Source of the DNA: a virus
Lineage: Duplodnaviria > Caudoviricetes
Strand: one strand, 5' to 3'
Length of the DNA stretch: 64,000 nt
IMG/VR virus record: IMGVR_UViG_2786546905_000002
Location: 1 to 64,000 of that record
The position numbers and the translations under genes were made by a program. Below the pieces are notes generated by a model. It had not been told where the DNA came from. It was given only the letters and a program-made list of their open reading frames with translations, and made no database searches. Below are positions 8,352 to 18,300 of the stretch, in pieces (position 1 is the stretch's first letter; each line of letters opens with the position of its first letter).

Positions 8352-8584
8352 TGTTGGTGTTTCTGTAATTTGTTCCGTTCCATAGCTTAGGGCTGGTCGA
8401 CTTACGAACCACATTGAGATTGAGAAGCGGCTAACTTCCTTTCTCTCATTGGGTTCTTCGGAATCCAATAAATAACTTACGGCATATCAAGGCATCCTTA
8501 GTGTGTCGTTCAGCTTAAAGTTTCTCAGGCTTTAAGCTTCTTTTTCGAAGTAAAGGCTCAGTGTTTGCGCACTGGGCTTTTTCT
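8352..8584 (+). ncRNA. Candidate antisense RNA (sRNA-2) to the leader of the replication gene
   Basis: Consensus promoter, no plus-strand CDS, two tandem plus-strand terminator hairpins (8512-8545, 8552-8584). Confidence 0.6.
8552..8584 (+). terminator. Intrinsic terminator
   Basis: AAAGGCTCAGTG-tttgcg-CACTGGGCTTTTTCTTT. Confidence 0.75.
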
Positions 8585-8815
8585 TTGTCTGCTGGTCGAA
8601 AAATCAACACACTTTGTTGGTCAATGAGTTACTGGCAGACAACCAAGATCCATTATTGATCATTCTGAGAGGATCTAACAAGGCATTTCACCCAACCAAA
8701 TCAAACTCTCCTGAAATAATCGCGGACGTCATATTATCAAATAAATCTAAATTTTGTAGCCGTTTTCGTTTAACATTATTCCGAACAACTTCCCTAGACT
8801 GTTGATAAGGCTGTT

Positions 8816-9181
8816 ATGAAATTTATTCCGAACAAGACACCAGAGCAAGAACTCAAAGATAAAGTAGATCTTGTAAAACAAGAGCTTAAGAGAAAGCAAT
8901 ACCCATCAAAACACGCGCCAAAAGTCGAATCTGACCTGTTGATAACTATTTCAGGCTGTAGCTTAAACTTTTTGAAGCAAGAAAAGGGAATGCTGGTTTT
9001 GCAGGCAAATAAGAAGCTGGCCTTTGAGAATGGTACCAATATTCTCAGAGCCTTATCTTACATTGCTGGGGTGTATGAGCATGTAACGATTGCTGGCTGG
9101 ACTTGGCGACCAATACGCTACAAAAAGCATAAGTTGTATCTACGCCCTGTCGCTCCTGTAGATTTAGGTAGATCCGAGTGA
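8816..9181 (+). CDS. Hypothetical protein, 121 aa, preceded and overlapped by two ATTCCGAAC sites
   Basis: TAAGG RBS; converges on the shared terminator at 9191. Confidence 0.7.
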   Translation: MKFIPNKTPEQELKDKVDLVKQELKRKQYPSKHAPKVESDLLITISGCSLNFLKQEKGMLVLQANKKLAFENGTNILRALSYIAGVYEHVTIAGWTWRPIRYKKHKLYLRPVAPVDLGRSE

Positions 9182-9190
9182 TTAATCAAT

Positions 9191-9222
9191 AAAAAAGAGC
9201 CTCTATCACTAGAGGCTCTTTT
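9191..9222. terminator. Bidirectional intrinsic terminator
   Basis: AAAAAAGAGCCTCTA-tcac-TAGAGGCTCTTTT between convergent genes. Confidence 0.85.
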
Positions 9223-9249
9223 CTGTGATCGCTATCACGCAGGATCTTC

Positions 9250-10221
9250 TTAGCTGAAACGTGTCGTTGATGGATCGAAGTCGATAGCATTTCTCTTAAG
9301 AATAGAACCCGCCTCAGACGTGCGACGAGTAATCGTACTAGCTGGCTCATACCCGCCTGTTGGAAGTGTCTTAGACTGATTACCGCCCAATGATTCAAAT
9401 AACGCCTGTACGACCTTTACATCGTCTTCACTGGCCATGCTGCCAATTGCTTTGCGCTGAGCGTCTGATAGGTACACTGGCAAGCTATTCGCGGCCTCCA
9501 GCAACATATCACCAATAGAGTTACGCGAATCAATCTGATCACGCAGTTCATTGTTGACGCTCTCCAGATACATAACATGATTTTCTAGATCTGCAGTGTT
9601 GGGTACCAGTGATGCACTTTGGATAGAATCAGCAATGGCCATTGCGTCGTCATACTCGAAACCGCCATGATTCTGCAGTGATTCAAGGATCATATCGCTC
9701 GCGTTCGCGCTCTCCAACATCATTGATGGATGGTCCAATGATAGGTAGTTAGGCTGCAGAACGTAATCCATACCATGGAATGACGTCGTTAGTGATGCTT
9801 GTGGTGTATCACGGCCACCGGTAGCCCATGACCAGCCACCAGCGCCAGATTCCCAAAGAGAAAGAGCAATTTTGCCCGTTGGGGTATCGAAAAACTCTTC
9901 TTCATGAGTGATCACGCCATTGTCATCACAAGTGATTGACTTGGTGCGGTTCGATGGCACGTTCTCCACCACCACCGGCTTACCTTGGACCATAATCACT
10001 TCGGTTTCGCCAATATCTAACTTGTTCGCACGTTGGCGCGGCTGGTGGCCATAATAACCATACGCCTCACCAACACGCAGTAACTCTTGTGTGCGTTGGT
10101 TGGCCAGCATGGATTGCACGCCTTTCACAATGTAATTGCGCTTATTCGCGCTTAGCTGTCGACCATCGTTGAACAGGCTAAAGCTATCTTTGACGGTCTT
10201 TAGTGTTTTTAGCTGTCGCAT
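9250..10221 (-). CDS. pro: Prohead (head-processing) protease, P1 Pro-like
   Basis: YGYYGH...GGWSWA...HGMDYVLQPNY motifs; coupled to portal as in P1. Confidence 0.8.
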   Translation of the reverse strand: MRQLKTLKTVKDSFSLFNDGRQLSANKRNYIVKGVQSMLANQRTQELLRVGEAYGYYGHQPRQRANKLDIGETEVIMVQGKPVVVENVPSNRTKSITCDDNGVITHEEEFFDTPTGKIALSLWESGAGGWSWATGGRDTPQASLTTSFHGMDYVLQPNYLSLDHPSMMLESANASDMILESLQNHGGFEYDDAMAIADSIQSASLVPNTADLENHVMYLESVNNELRDQIDSRNSIGDMLLEAANSLPVYLSDAQRKAIGSMASEDDVKVVQALFESLGGNQSKTLPTGGYEPASTITRRTSEAGSILKRNAIDFDPSTTRFS

Positions 10222-11906
10222 TAATTATCCCCCTGTGGAATGTGTTGAATTTCGCTCATGAGTTCGAGCAAGGTATCCCTGACGAACATCTCCGCTTCTT
10301 GGCGGTCTGTGGTACCAAGAGACTCAAGCATCGAGTCGTTTTCAGACGCGGATTTAGCGAGCTCTTTGATCGCTTTCTTAGCCAGCTCTGGGTCGATTTC
10401 TAGAACGGATGTGTAGATGTGGTTTTTGAGTGATTCACTATTGCCAATTGGTGATTGCTCGATTAGGTCAAGAACGGTGGCAAAGATCGTCGCGTAGTTA
10501 GCTTTCGCCTCTTGGTTCGCTGCTTCTTCTTGAGCTACTGCGGTATTGACGGAGTTGAATTGAATTTCGAAAGGTTCTTCACCTGTTGGCCAGTACTTGC
10601 CATCACGGTGAATCGTATGAATATCGATAGCACGACGAACAAAGCGAGCGACTGCAGCGCGAATTTGATGTGCTCGCAATGCGGATTGGATAGAGGTACG
10701 CAAAAAGCCGCCCTCCCCTAGCCCACCAGAGAGAAGATCACCAAAACCAAGCATTGACGGGTCCAACCCGATGCTTGCGGCCATGCGTTTAAGGTGGAAC
10801 ATAATATCTTCGATATGAGAGATATTCGGGTCAGTCGTGAACGTGTCGATTTGCACGCCGCCCTTACCCTCAGTCATTAATGGGATAAGGGTATTAATAA
10901 CCGTTGGGATAAAGCCTTGCTTGCGGGAGTTCTTTACAATCTTCTGGCGGTCTGACTGCATTTGAGCAGCAAGTAGATTGACGTATTCTGCCGCGCCTGC
11001 AGAATCAAGACCGGCTGTATTCACACCTACCAAACGATCAATTAGTGAGGCATTAACACGGCTGGCCCCTAATGATGCGATGCTCTGGCGTAGCATTTCC
11101 CACGACTCATACGTGCTGTGCAGTATCGAGGTACCGTAGTTTTGAGTTTCAATTGGTTGACGGCTGTAAGCATCGTCAAAGAGTGAGTATGCTTGGCCAG
11201 TGTAGTTAACCGGCTCTTTATCCATGTTCGGACGCCAAACCGGCATCTTAAGAGGGATAAGCGCCCATGGTTCAGCTAATCGCACTTGCTCGCCGTCTTG
11301 ACGTACCTTGAGGTGTTCAGACGTGAAACCACACAACACACCGGCACGCTCATATTCTCGAATCTGCTTAGCTTGCGTATAAAAATTCGATTCAAAGTGA
11401 GTGATGCCTTTGCCGTTCTGGGCGTATGGCCTGACGTAATTCACCCCGAAGACCAGCATGGGATAAGACCAGTTCATGATCTCTTCATTGATGGCCACCA
11501 TGAGTTCACGATTTAGCTGCGCTACATACTCTGCATGCTCTTCTGATTTCGGATGCAAAAAGACCGCTAGACCATTTTTGTCTGACGCGGATAGAGCGTG
11601 GCCAAGGTGAATGTTGAGTGCTGCATCAATGGTACTGTCCTCTGACATTTCCTTGAAAATCTCATAGAGCATGTACCGGTCTTCGGGGAGCTTGCGAATG
11701 TGAAAACGCTCACGACCTTTGCGGCCCTCTTTGGTTAAAGAGCCACTTTTCTCGCTTGGTGATTCGCTGCGTTCTTGGAAATTAGAGGCTCCATAGCTCG
11801 CACCGCTCTCATAACTTACACCAGCCTCTTTATCGTCTTTATCACTCCAAAAAGGAAAGGCTCGCCGTAGAGCTTCCTGTAAGCCATTGGTGCTGTTATC
11901 CGACAT
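10221..11906 (-). CDS. prt: Portal protein, P1 Prt-like
   Basis: 561 aa, R..LYE.F.EM..D..I..AL..H motif, divergent from darB as in P1. Confidence 0.85.
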   Translation of the reverse strand: MSDNSTNGLQEALRRAFPFWSDKDDKEAGVSYESGASYGASNFQERSESPSEKSGSLTKEGRKGRERFHIRKLPEDRYMLYEIFKEMSEDSTIDAALNIHLGHALSASDKNGLAVFLHPKSEEHAEYVAQLNRELMVAINEEIMNWSYPMLVFGVNYVRPYAQNGKGITHFESNFYTQAKQIREYERAGVLCGFTSEHLKVRQDGEQVRLAEPWALIPLKMPVWRPNMDKEPVNYTGQAYSLFDDAYSRQPIETQNYGTSILHSTYESWEMLRQSIASLGASRVNASLIDRLVGVNTAGLDSAGAAEYVNLLAAQMQSDRQKIVKNSRKQGFIPTVINTLIPLMTEGKGGVQIDTFTTDPNISHIEDIMFHLKRMAASIGLDPSMLGFGDLLSGGLGEGGFLRTSIQSALRAHQIRAAVARFVRRAIDIHTIHRDGKYWPTGEEPFEIQFNSVNTAVAQEEAANQEAKANYATIFATVLDLIEQSPIGNSESLKNHIYTSVLEIDPELAKKAIKELAKSASENDSMLESLGTTDRQEAEMFVRDTLLELMSEIQHIPQGDN

Positions 11907-12261
11907 TTTAAACCTCTATAGGTTAGAGGCTGTTTTCTTAGTTTTGCGGGGTTTATTGATAATAACTCATTGAGCATTAAGCCACCAATAGGGATGTTAA
12001 GGCCTTTTGTAATAAGGGCTTAAAGAACTAACTAAACAAATCAACACTCAAGCCACCCTTTCAAGTTACCCATGAAAATGGTTAATTTTTGTTGTTGTTT
12101 TGGCTGTTCTTATTCGGAATAATCAACCCGTTCAAAAAACAGTGTTATGAAAGGAGCAATCCTCAAATAACATATCATTTCATTAATTTAAGTGGCGTTT
12201 TTTTGGGCGGGGAACTTGAGAGGCCAAGCTATTTATTTAGCTTGGCCTTTCTGCTTTCTGG

Positions 12262-12284
12262 CTTAAAATTTCGCATGCGAAAAT
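12262..12284. repeat. Dar-associated palindrome copy 1 (CTTAAAA-TTTCGCATGCGAAA-AT)
   Basis: 14-bp perfect palindrome 12269-12282; the 23-mer is identical to 19094-19116. Confidence 0.95.
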
Positions 12285-12349
12285 CTCCCTTTCCTTTATC
12301 ATATCGTTAGCTTCCCTGCTGAAAAATGCCCTCCTACGTGGAGGCAACG

Positions 12350-15300
12350 ATGGATAAAGCCATTATCCAAGCGATTGATAGCACCCGTAACATTGATGAG
12401 CTGGTCGCCCAGTTCGAAACGTTACTTAAGGTGGATCTCAGTAATACCCCTACCGGCAAGAAACGGATTGCCGCAAACCAAAAAGCGAAAGACATTCTCG
12501 CCAAATACAATGGCGACTACTCCAATGTTTCACCGGAAGACAAAGCCGCATTGCGCGATTACACCGGCTTTGGCGGCATTGGTGGTTCAACCAACGAATA
12601 CTACACACCAAAATGGGTAGCCGAGGCGGTCTGGGAATCGTTGCGCTCCTATGGCTTTGATGGTGGTTCAGTTCTAGAGCCTAGTGCCGGTGTTGGCGTG
12701 TTCAGTGAAACCAAACCCGCGAACGCGCTTAATACGTCTGTAGAAATGGATCCGACTTCTGCAGCGATTAACCAAATCCTCCACCAAGATGACCACGTTA
12801 TTAACTCTGGCTTTGAGGCTGTGGCCAACGATCCAAGTGTTGGTAACTTTGACGCCGTAATTGGCAACCCACCTTATGGTGTCCGAGACGCCAGTGCGAA
12901 CGATGACCGTGAGTACAAAAACATTAAGTACGCAGATCAGTACTTCGTGACACGTTCAATTGATAAGGCCCGTGCTGGTGGTTTGATCGCTTTAGTTCTG
13001 CCTACGCGTATTGTGGAATCTGGCAACCTGAAAAAATGGCGTACCAGCATTGCATTAAAAGCCGAGTTCTTAGGCGCTCACCGATTACCAACAGGCACGT
13101 TTGCCGATACTGGTGTTGTGACTGATTTAGTGATCTGGCGTAAACATAGTGAAGCTGGCCAAGAGCTAATTGATAACGCCAGCAAAGAAGCGCTCGAGCA
13201 GAGCGGTGTACTTTGGGATACATGGCTAACCGGCAAATGGTTTAAGCGTGAGGGTAAGAAGTTCATCAACGGTGAAGAGTCGACACAAGGTGCGGGTAAG
13301 TTTGCTCGTAAAGTCGTGGACCGTGGGAACCGCTCTAACATGGATATCAAAGAAGCCCTAACCCGCCGCTTTGATAGCCATATTGACTGGGACTCACTTG
13401 ATAGCAACGTTGAGCCACCAGCAAGCACCAAGTATGACGACGGCGATACCATTTTCAGAAATGGCCTCCAGTTCGAAATGCAAGATGGTGAGTGGATTGA
13501 ATCCGAAAACAACGCCAAGCGCGGGAACGTCGACAAATCGACATATGGCGTGACGCATTCTGACGATCTGCAAGCAGCGACCTACTCGATTGATTCCATG
13601 ATGAACCTGACGGCCAGCCAAGCGCTTAAGGCCTATGAAGATTTCCCATACCTTTGTCATGATGATTTTAAAGCCGTTGTACGTTCTATTGCCAAGCTGC
13701 CACAAGGCCAGCAAGAACTCGCATACAAGGGGGTGTTATTAGGGCGCAAAGTCAAAACCTTATCGACCATGGTAGCCGGTGGCCGTAGCCGCTCTAAAAC
13801 GGAATTACTTCACGCTGCAGTGAATAGCGAAGAGCAAAGTATTGCTGATTATCGCACCCGTCTTGGTGGCCAGATAACAGAGCTTAATGCTCTTATGGGA
13901 AACAGCCATATTTCGCAGAAAGAGCTAGCCAAGCTTGATGAGTCGTTTATCTCTGACTGGCATAGCTATAAATCGTCTATCGATAACTCTGGCAAACTGT
14001 CGGACCTGTTAACCGGTGATCTACGAGTTGAGCACACAAACCAATATAACAGCTCGAGAATGGCTGACGTTCTTCACTTCTGTGAGCGTGAGCTTGGCCA
14101 TACTTCACTCACCCTTGATGAAATCCGTGTTTACTACACGGCCCCAGACATTGCCAACCTAAGCGATGATCAGTTGCTCGAGAAGCTTGCGCTTATGGAT
14201 GAGGTAGCCATCAATAACGATGGTTCTATTCAGGCCATGCACCGTGCTTGCTCTGGCCATGTTGGACGTCGCATCGAAGCCCTGCAGAATCAACTATCTG
14301 TGGCCACCAGCGACAATGTAAAAGCCAACTACATGCGTCAGCTCGAAACCATTGAAGCTAAGCGAAACAAGATCTCACTCGATGAGGTGAAAGTTAAACT
14401 CACAGACAACTGGATCCCGCGTCATATCATGCTGGAGTTCCTGCAGGATTCTGGCTACGTCGATTTTGAGCTAGGTGAATGGGAAGAGAACGAATTTACT
14501 TACATTGATGATGATGGCGAAGAGAAGACCAGTGTTGAGCGTGAATTTGTTCAGAGCGAAACCGGCACCCAGTTTAGTGGGTACCGTTGGCGTGATGGCA
14601 AGAAGCGTAATGCTGGTGATGAAGCTTTTGAGCGTCAAATCGAATCCTACATCAATGAGGGTAAAGTGCGTGGTGGTGGCGATAACGCTGAAAAGTCACT
14701 GGTCCGTTCTAAGATTCGCTCTCTCGATGATGAGTTCACCAACTGGCTCGCAGCCAGCGATCACTCTGACGAACTGGAAGAGCAGTATAACAACACGTTC
14801 AACAACTGGATTAAACCAGAGTTCGATGGTAGTGACTTAGGCCTAGAGGGTGTTTCTGGTGCCATTGAGTTCATGCCTTACCAAAATTCGACCATTCGAC
14901 GCCATAGCGCAGACGGCAACGGGATCCTTGCTTTGGGTACCGGCTTAGGTAAGACCCTCACGGGCTTAGGTCTGATTCAGCACAACCTATCAACCAAGCG
15001 TGCAAGCCGTGTTGGTGTCGTGGTCCCTAAATCAACGCTAGAAAACTGGTTCTATGAATCGGATCTGTTCTTTGGTGAAGAGAATCTAAGTGACAAAATT
15101 TTTGTTGGTTTAGACGTGGCCAAAGACAAGAACGGCACTATTGAGCGTGAGACGGTTCTCGATGAGAACGGGGATCCTCGCCTTGATAAGAAAGGCGAAC
15201 CAATTAAGCGTGCCAAGCTAAAAGTTGTCACCAACGGTAAGAAGATAGCCGAGCAGCTTCACGCGGTAACACAATCTACCGCTCGCATTGTGGTGATGAC

Positions 15301-18300
15301 TAAAGACGTTTACGGACGTATTCCAATGAAACCGGAAACCATCAGTGAAAACGTGATGGAAATGAAAGAAGCCGGTTTGATTGCAGGCTCTCATAAGCTG
15401 GTGAAAGACGCTCAAAACCACCGCGATAAAGAGAAGAACGCACGATTCGAAAATAAGTTCTCAGACGACGGTACCGCGAAGAATGAAACCCTACCGTACT
15501 TTGAAGATCTGCTATTCGATTCTGTCATGGTGGATGAGGCTCACGACTTCCGTAACTCGTACAAAGGCGGCTCATATCGTAACAACCTGGCATTCCTGCC
15601 AAGCCAAGCGCAAGCAAACCGCGCTATCGATATGCAGCTTAAAAACAACTTGGTGAAAGCACGTAATGACGGCAACGGGATCTACTTCCTGACGGCTACA
15701 CCTACGGTTAACTCACCGGTTGATATGTTCAATATGCTGTCTCACATCGTACCGGCTGAAACGTTCGCCAAGATGGGTATTTTCGATTCCGACGACTTTA
15801 TCCGTATGTTTGGTAAGACTGGTGAAGCTCTGGTAACTAAGCTCTCTGGTGAAGTGGAAAGCAAAGAGGCCTTGCTGGGTTTCCAGAACCTCGACGCGCT
15901 GCGTAACATCGTTAACCGATACATGACGATGGAAGATGCCAAGAGTGTTGGTGCAGAGGTCCACATTCCCGATCTCATTGCAGCCACCAGCAAAGTGCAA
16001 ATGAACGATGAGCAAGAAGCCCTGTATGAAGAGCTGCGCCATCGTGCTGACGCTATCTCAAACCCTGACGAGCCAGAGAACCAAGAGATTGTCGAACAGT
16101 ACCCAAATGACACTGTTTTCGGCCTTATCCGTAAAATGGATAAAGTCTCAACCGACTTGGACCTTTACCACGAACGTGTAACTTATCGTTTCAGCAAAAC
16201 CAAAATGAATGACGTGCAGGCCGCGCTCGATGCGCTACCAAGTACCGTTACTATCTTGGTGGAAGAAGTCACAGACAGCGGTGAAGTAAAGTTCAAGAAA
16301 AAAGCCGTCAAACTTGAGAAAGAGATCGTTGTTGAGGGTAAGCACGCGGTTGTTCGTCTGCGCCAAGAGTTTGCAGATCAGTTCGTTGATATGCTCGACA
16401 AGGGCAAAATCAAATACTCACACCCAGTGTCACCTAAGTACGCCAAGTTCTTAGACAAGGCCAAAGAAGTGTACATGGCTGGCGGTAAACAACTGGTATT
16501 CAGTGAAGAAAAGAGCCAACACAAAAAGCTCGCCAAGATCATTGCAGACCATACCGGTTGTAAGATGAGTGAAATTGGCATTCTGAACAGTGACACCGTA
16601 GCCGGTAAGAAAGGTTCAAAGGCGTCCGAAGATGATCAGGAAGCTGGCTTAGAAGCGATGGCCAAGAGCTATAACACCAGCAAGTACAAGTTTATGATCC
16701 TCAACAAAAAGGGCGAAGTCGGTATTAACTTGCATCATGGTACCACTGACATTCATCACCTAACCTTGCCTTGGACGCCGATGAGCATCACCCAGCGTAA
16801 TGGCCGCGGTGCGCGTGTTGGTTCTAAGCAAGCAAGCGTGAACGTTCACTACTACACATCCAAAGGCAGCTTTGATGACTTCCGTCTGGCCACTATCACA
16901 CGTAAGGCGAACTGGATTGAAACCATGTTCAAAGGTGATGAGAAATTTGTTGCGAACGCTGACGCGGATAGCTCTGGTGAAACGGCGATCATGCTGGCAG
17001 CTGATCCAGAAGAAGCCAAGCGCCGCATTGAAGCGAGCAAACGAGAAGCTGAACGCAAGCAGAAAGCCGAGAAAGTGCGTCAAACTTCAATCAGCATGAA
17101 TAAGTTCATTCACGCAACGAACCAGCTGAATGTTGACCTTGATGAAATCAGTAGCGAGATCACCGAGCTGGAAAGCAAGCTTGAAGAGCAAGCGGAGAAA
17201 GTCGAAAAAACCAGAGCAAACGCTGACGGTGCGAAAAGTAACTCGTATGAGTACCGACAATATACCCGCGCCAAGTCTGACCATCACGAAACTCAAAAGC
17301 GTCTGACTACGCTAAACCGAGCTCGCGACAACCAGAAGAAAGCCGCAAATACTCTTAAGAAGCTCACGCCATCTATTCAGAACGAAATCAATGAGGGCAA
17401 CCTAAAAGATTACCCTGACTTTTTGACGCACCCAGAGCTTTACCTAGTGAAGAACGGCAAGATTGTTCGCCAAGGTTACACCTACAAAGTGAAAACCAAA
17501 GAGCGCTCTTGGGATCTCGACTACGTGAACGATAGCATTATGACTATTCAAAAATTGGATCGTAAGTCTGGTACCGTGAACGGCCTACTGGTGGAAGAGA
17601 ACGGGAAAGAAGTTAGCCGAGGTAATAACGCGCACCCAATTGAGCAAGTCTTTGAACTGGCCAACGTGGACCAATCTCGCGCTGAACTCGAAGCAAAAGC
17701 ACTAACCGGTGTATCACTGGCTGATACCTGCAAAGTGTTTGACCGTGAAACTTACTTTGAGCTGGTTGAGGCTGGAAAAATCAAACGCTACGGCTTTGAA
17801 AGCAATTGCCTGATTAAAACCGCCGACGGCTACAAAACGCCTTATGGATTTAAGCACTCTGCAGAAGAGCCGCTTGTTTATCCTGACGCAACCGACAAAG
17901 CCGTATTTAAAGGCTTGCTGGCTCAAATTGTGAATGAGTTAGAAAGCAAGGGCCGCGTACAGCTGAGCTCTTCTATCCTGACTCACTTCCTTGGCCGTAA
18001 CTGGGAAGAAATGGCCAAAGAGCAAGGTAAGAAAGCCGACGAACAAGACGTAATCGAGCGTATCACGCTGGAGATTAAGAAGTTCGAGACGGATAACCAA
18101 GCACTCTACAATCAAGCCCTCCTGAAAGCAGAGAGCACCTATCACGGCTCTATTGAGTTCTTTAAAGCTCTAGAAAAGTACATTGATGATCTGAACTGGA
18201 AAGGCTACGTGAACCGTACTGAGATCGTGACATTCAAGCGCCGCCAAATGACGCGCTATGGTGAAACGTTAAAAGAGCGTTCGGCCCAGCACATTGCAGA

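Noticed and set aside
8493-8500. CATCCTTA octamer shared by sRNA-2 and sRNA-3 as a common seed
   Set aside because: Only 8 nt and no matching TAAGGATG target found at RBSs in the window; may be chance
8300-8600. Assignment of sRNA-2 as P1 C4 RNA
   Set aside because: I could not identify the a/b target repeats or icd/ant genes; needs an Infernal search
12061-12080. AAGTTACC resembling the P1 late-promoter -22 box (also AGTTACC at 2441 and 60343)
   Set aside because: Spacing to any TAnnnT is inconsistent and copies are not positioned before late starts
12089-12310. 73-aa ORF in the portal-darB intergenic region
   Set aside because: Low-complexity AT-rich translation, no RBS, overlaps regulatory motifs
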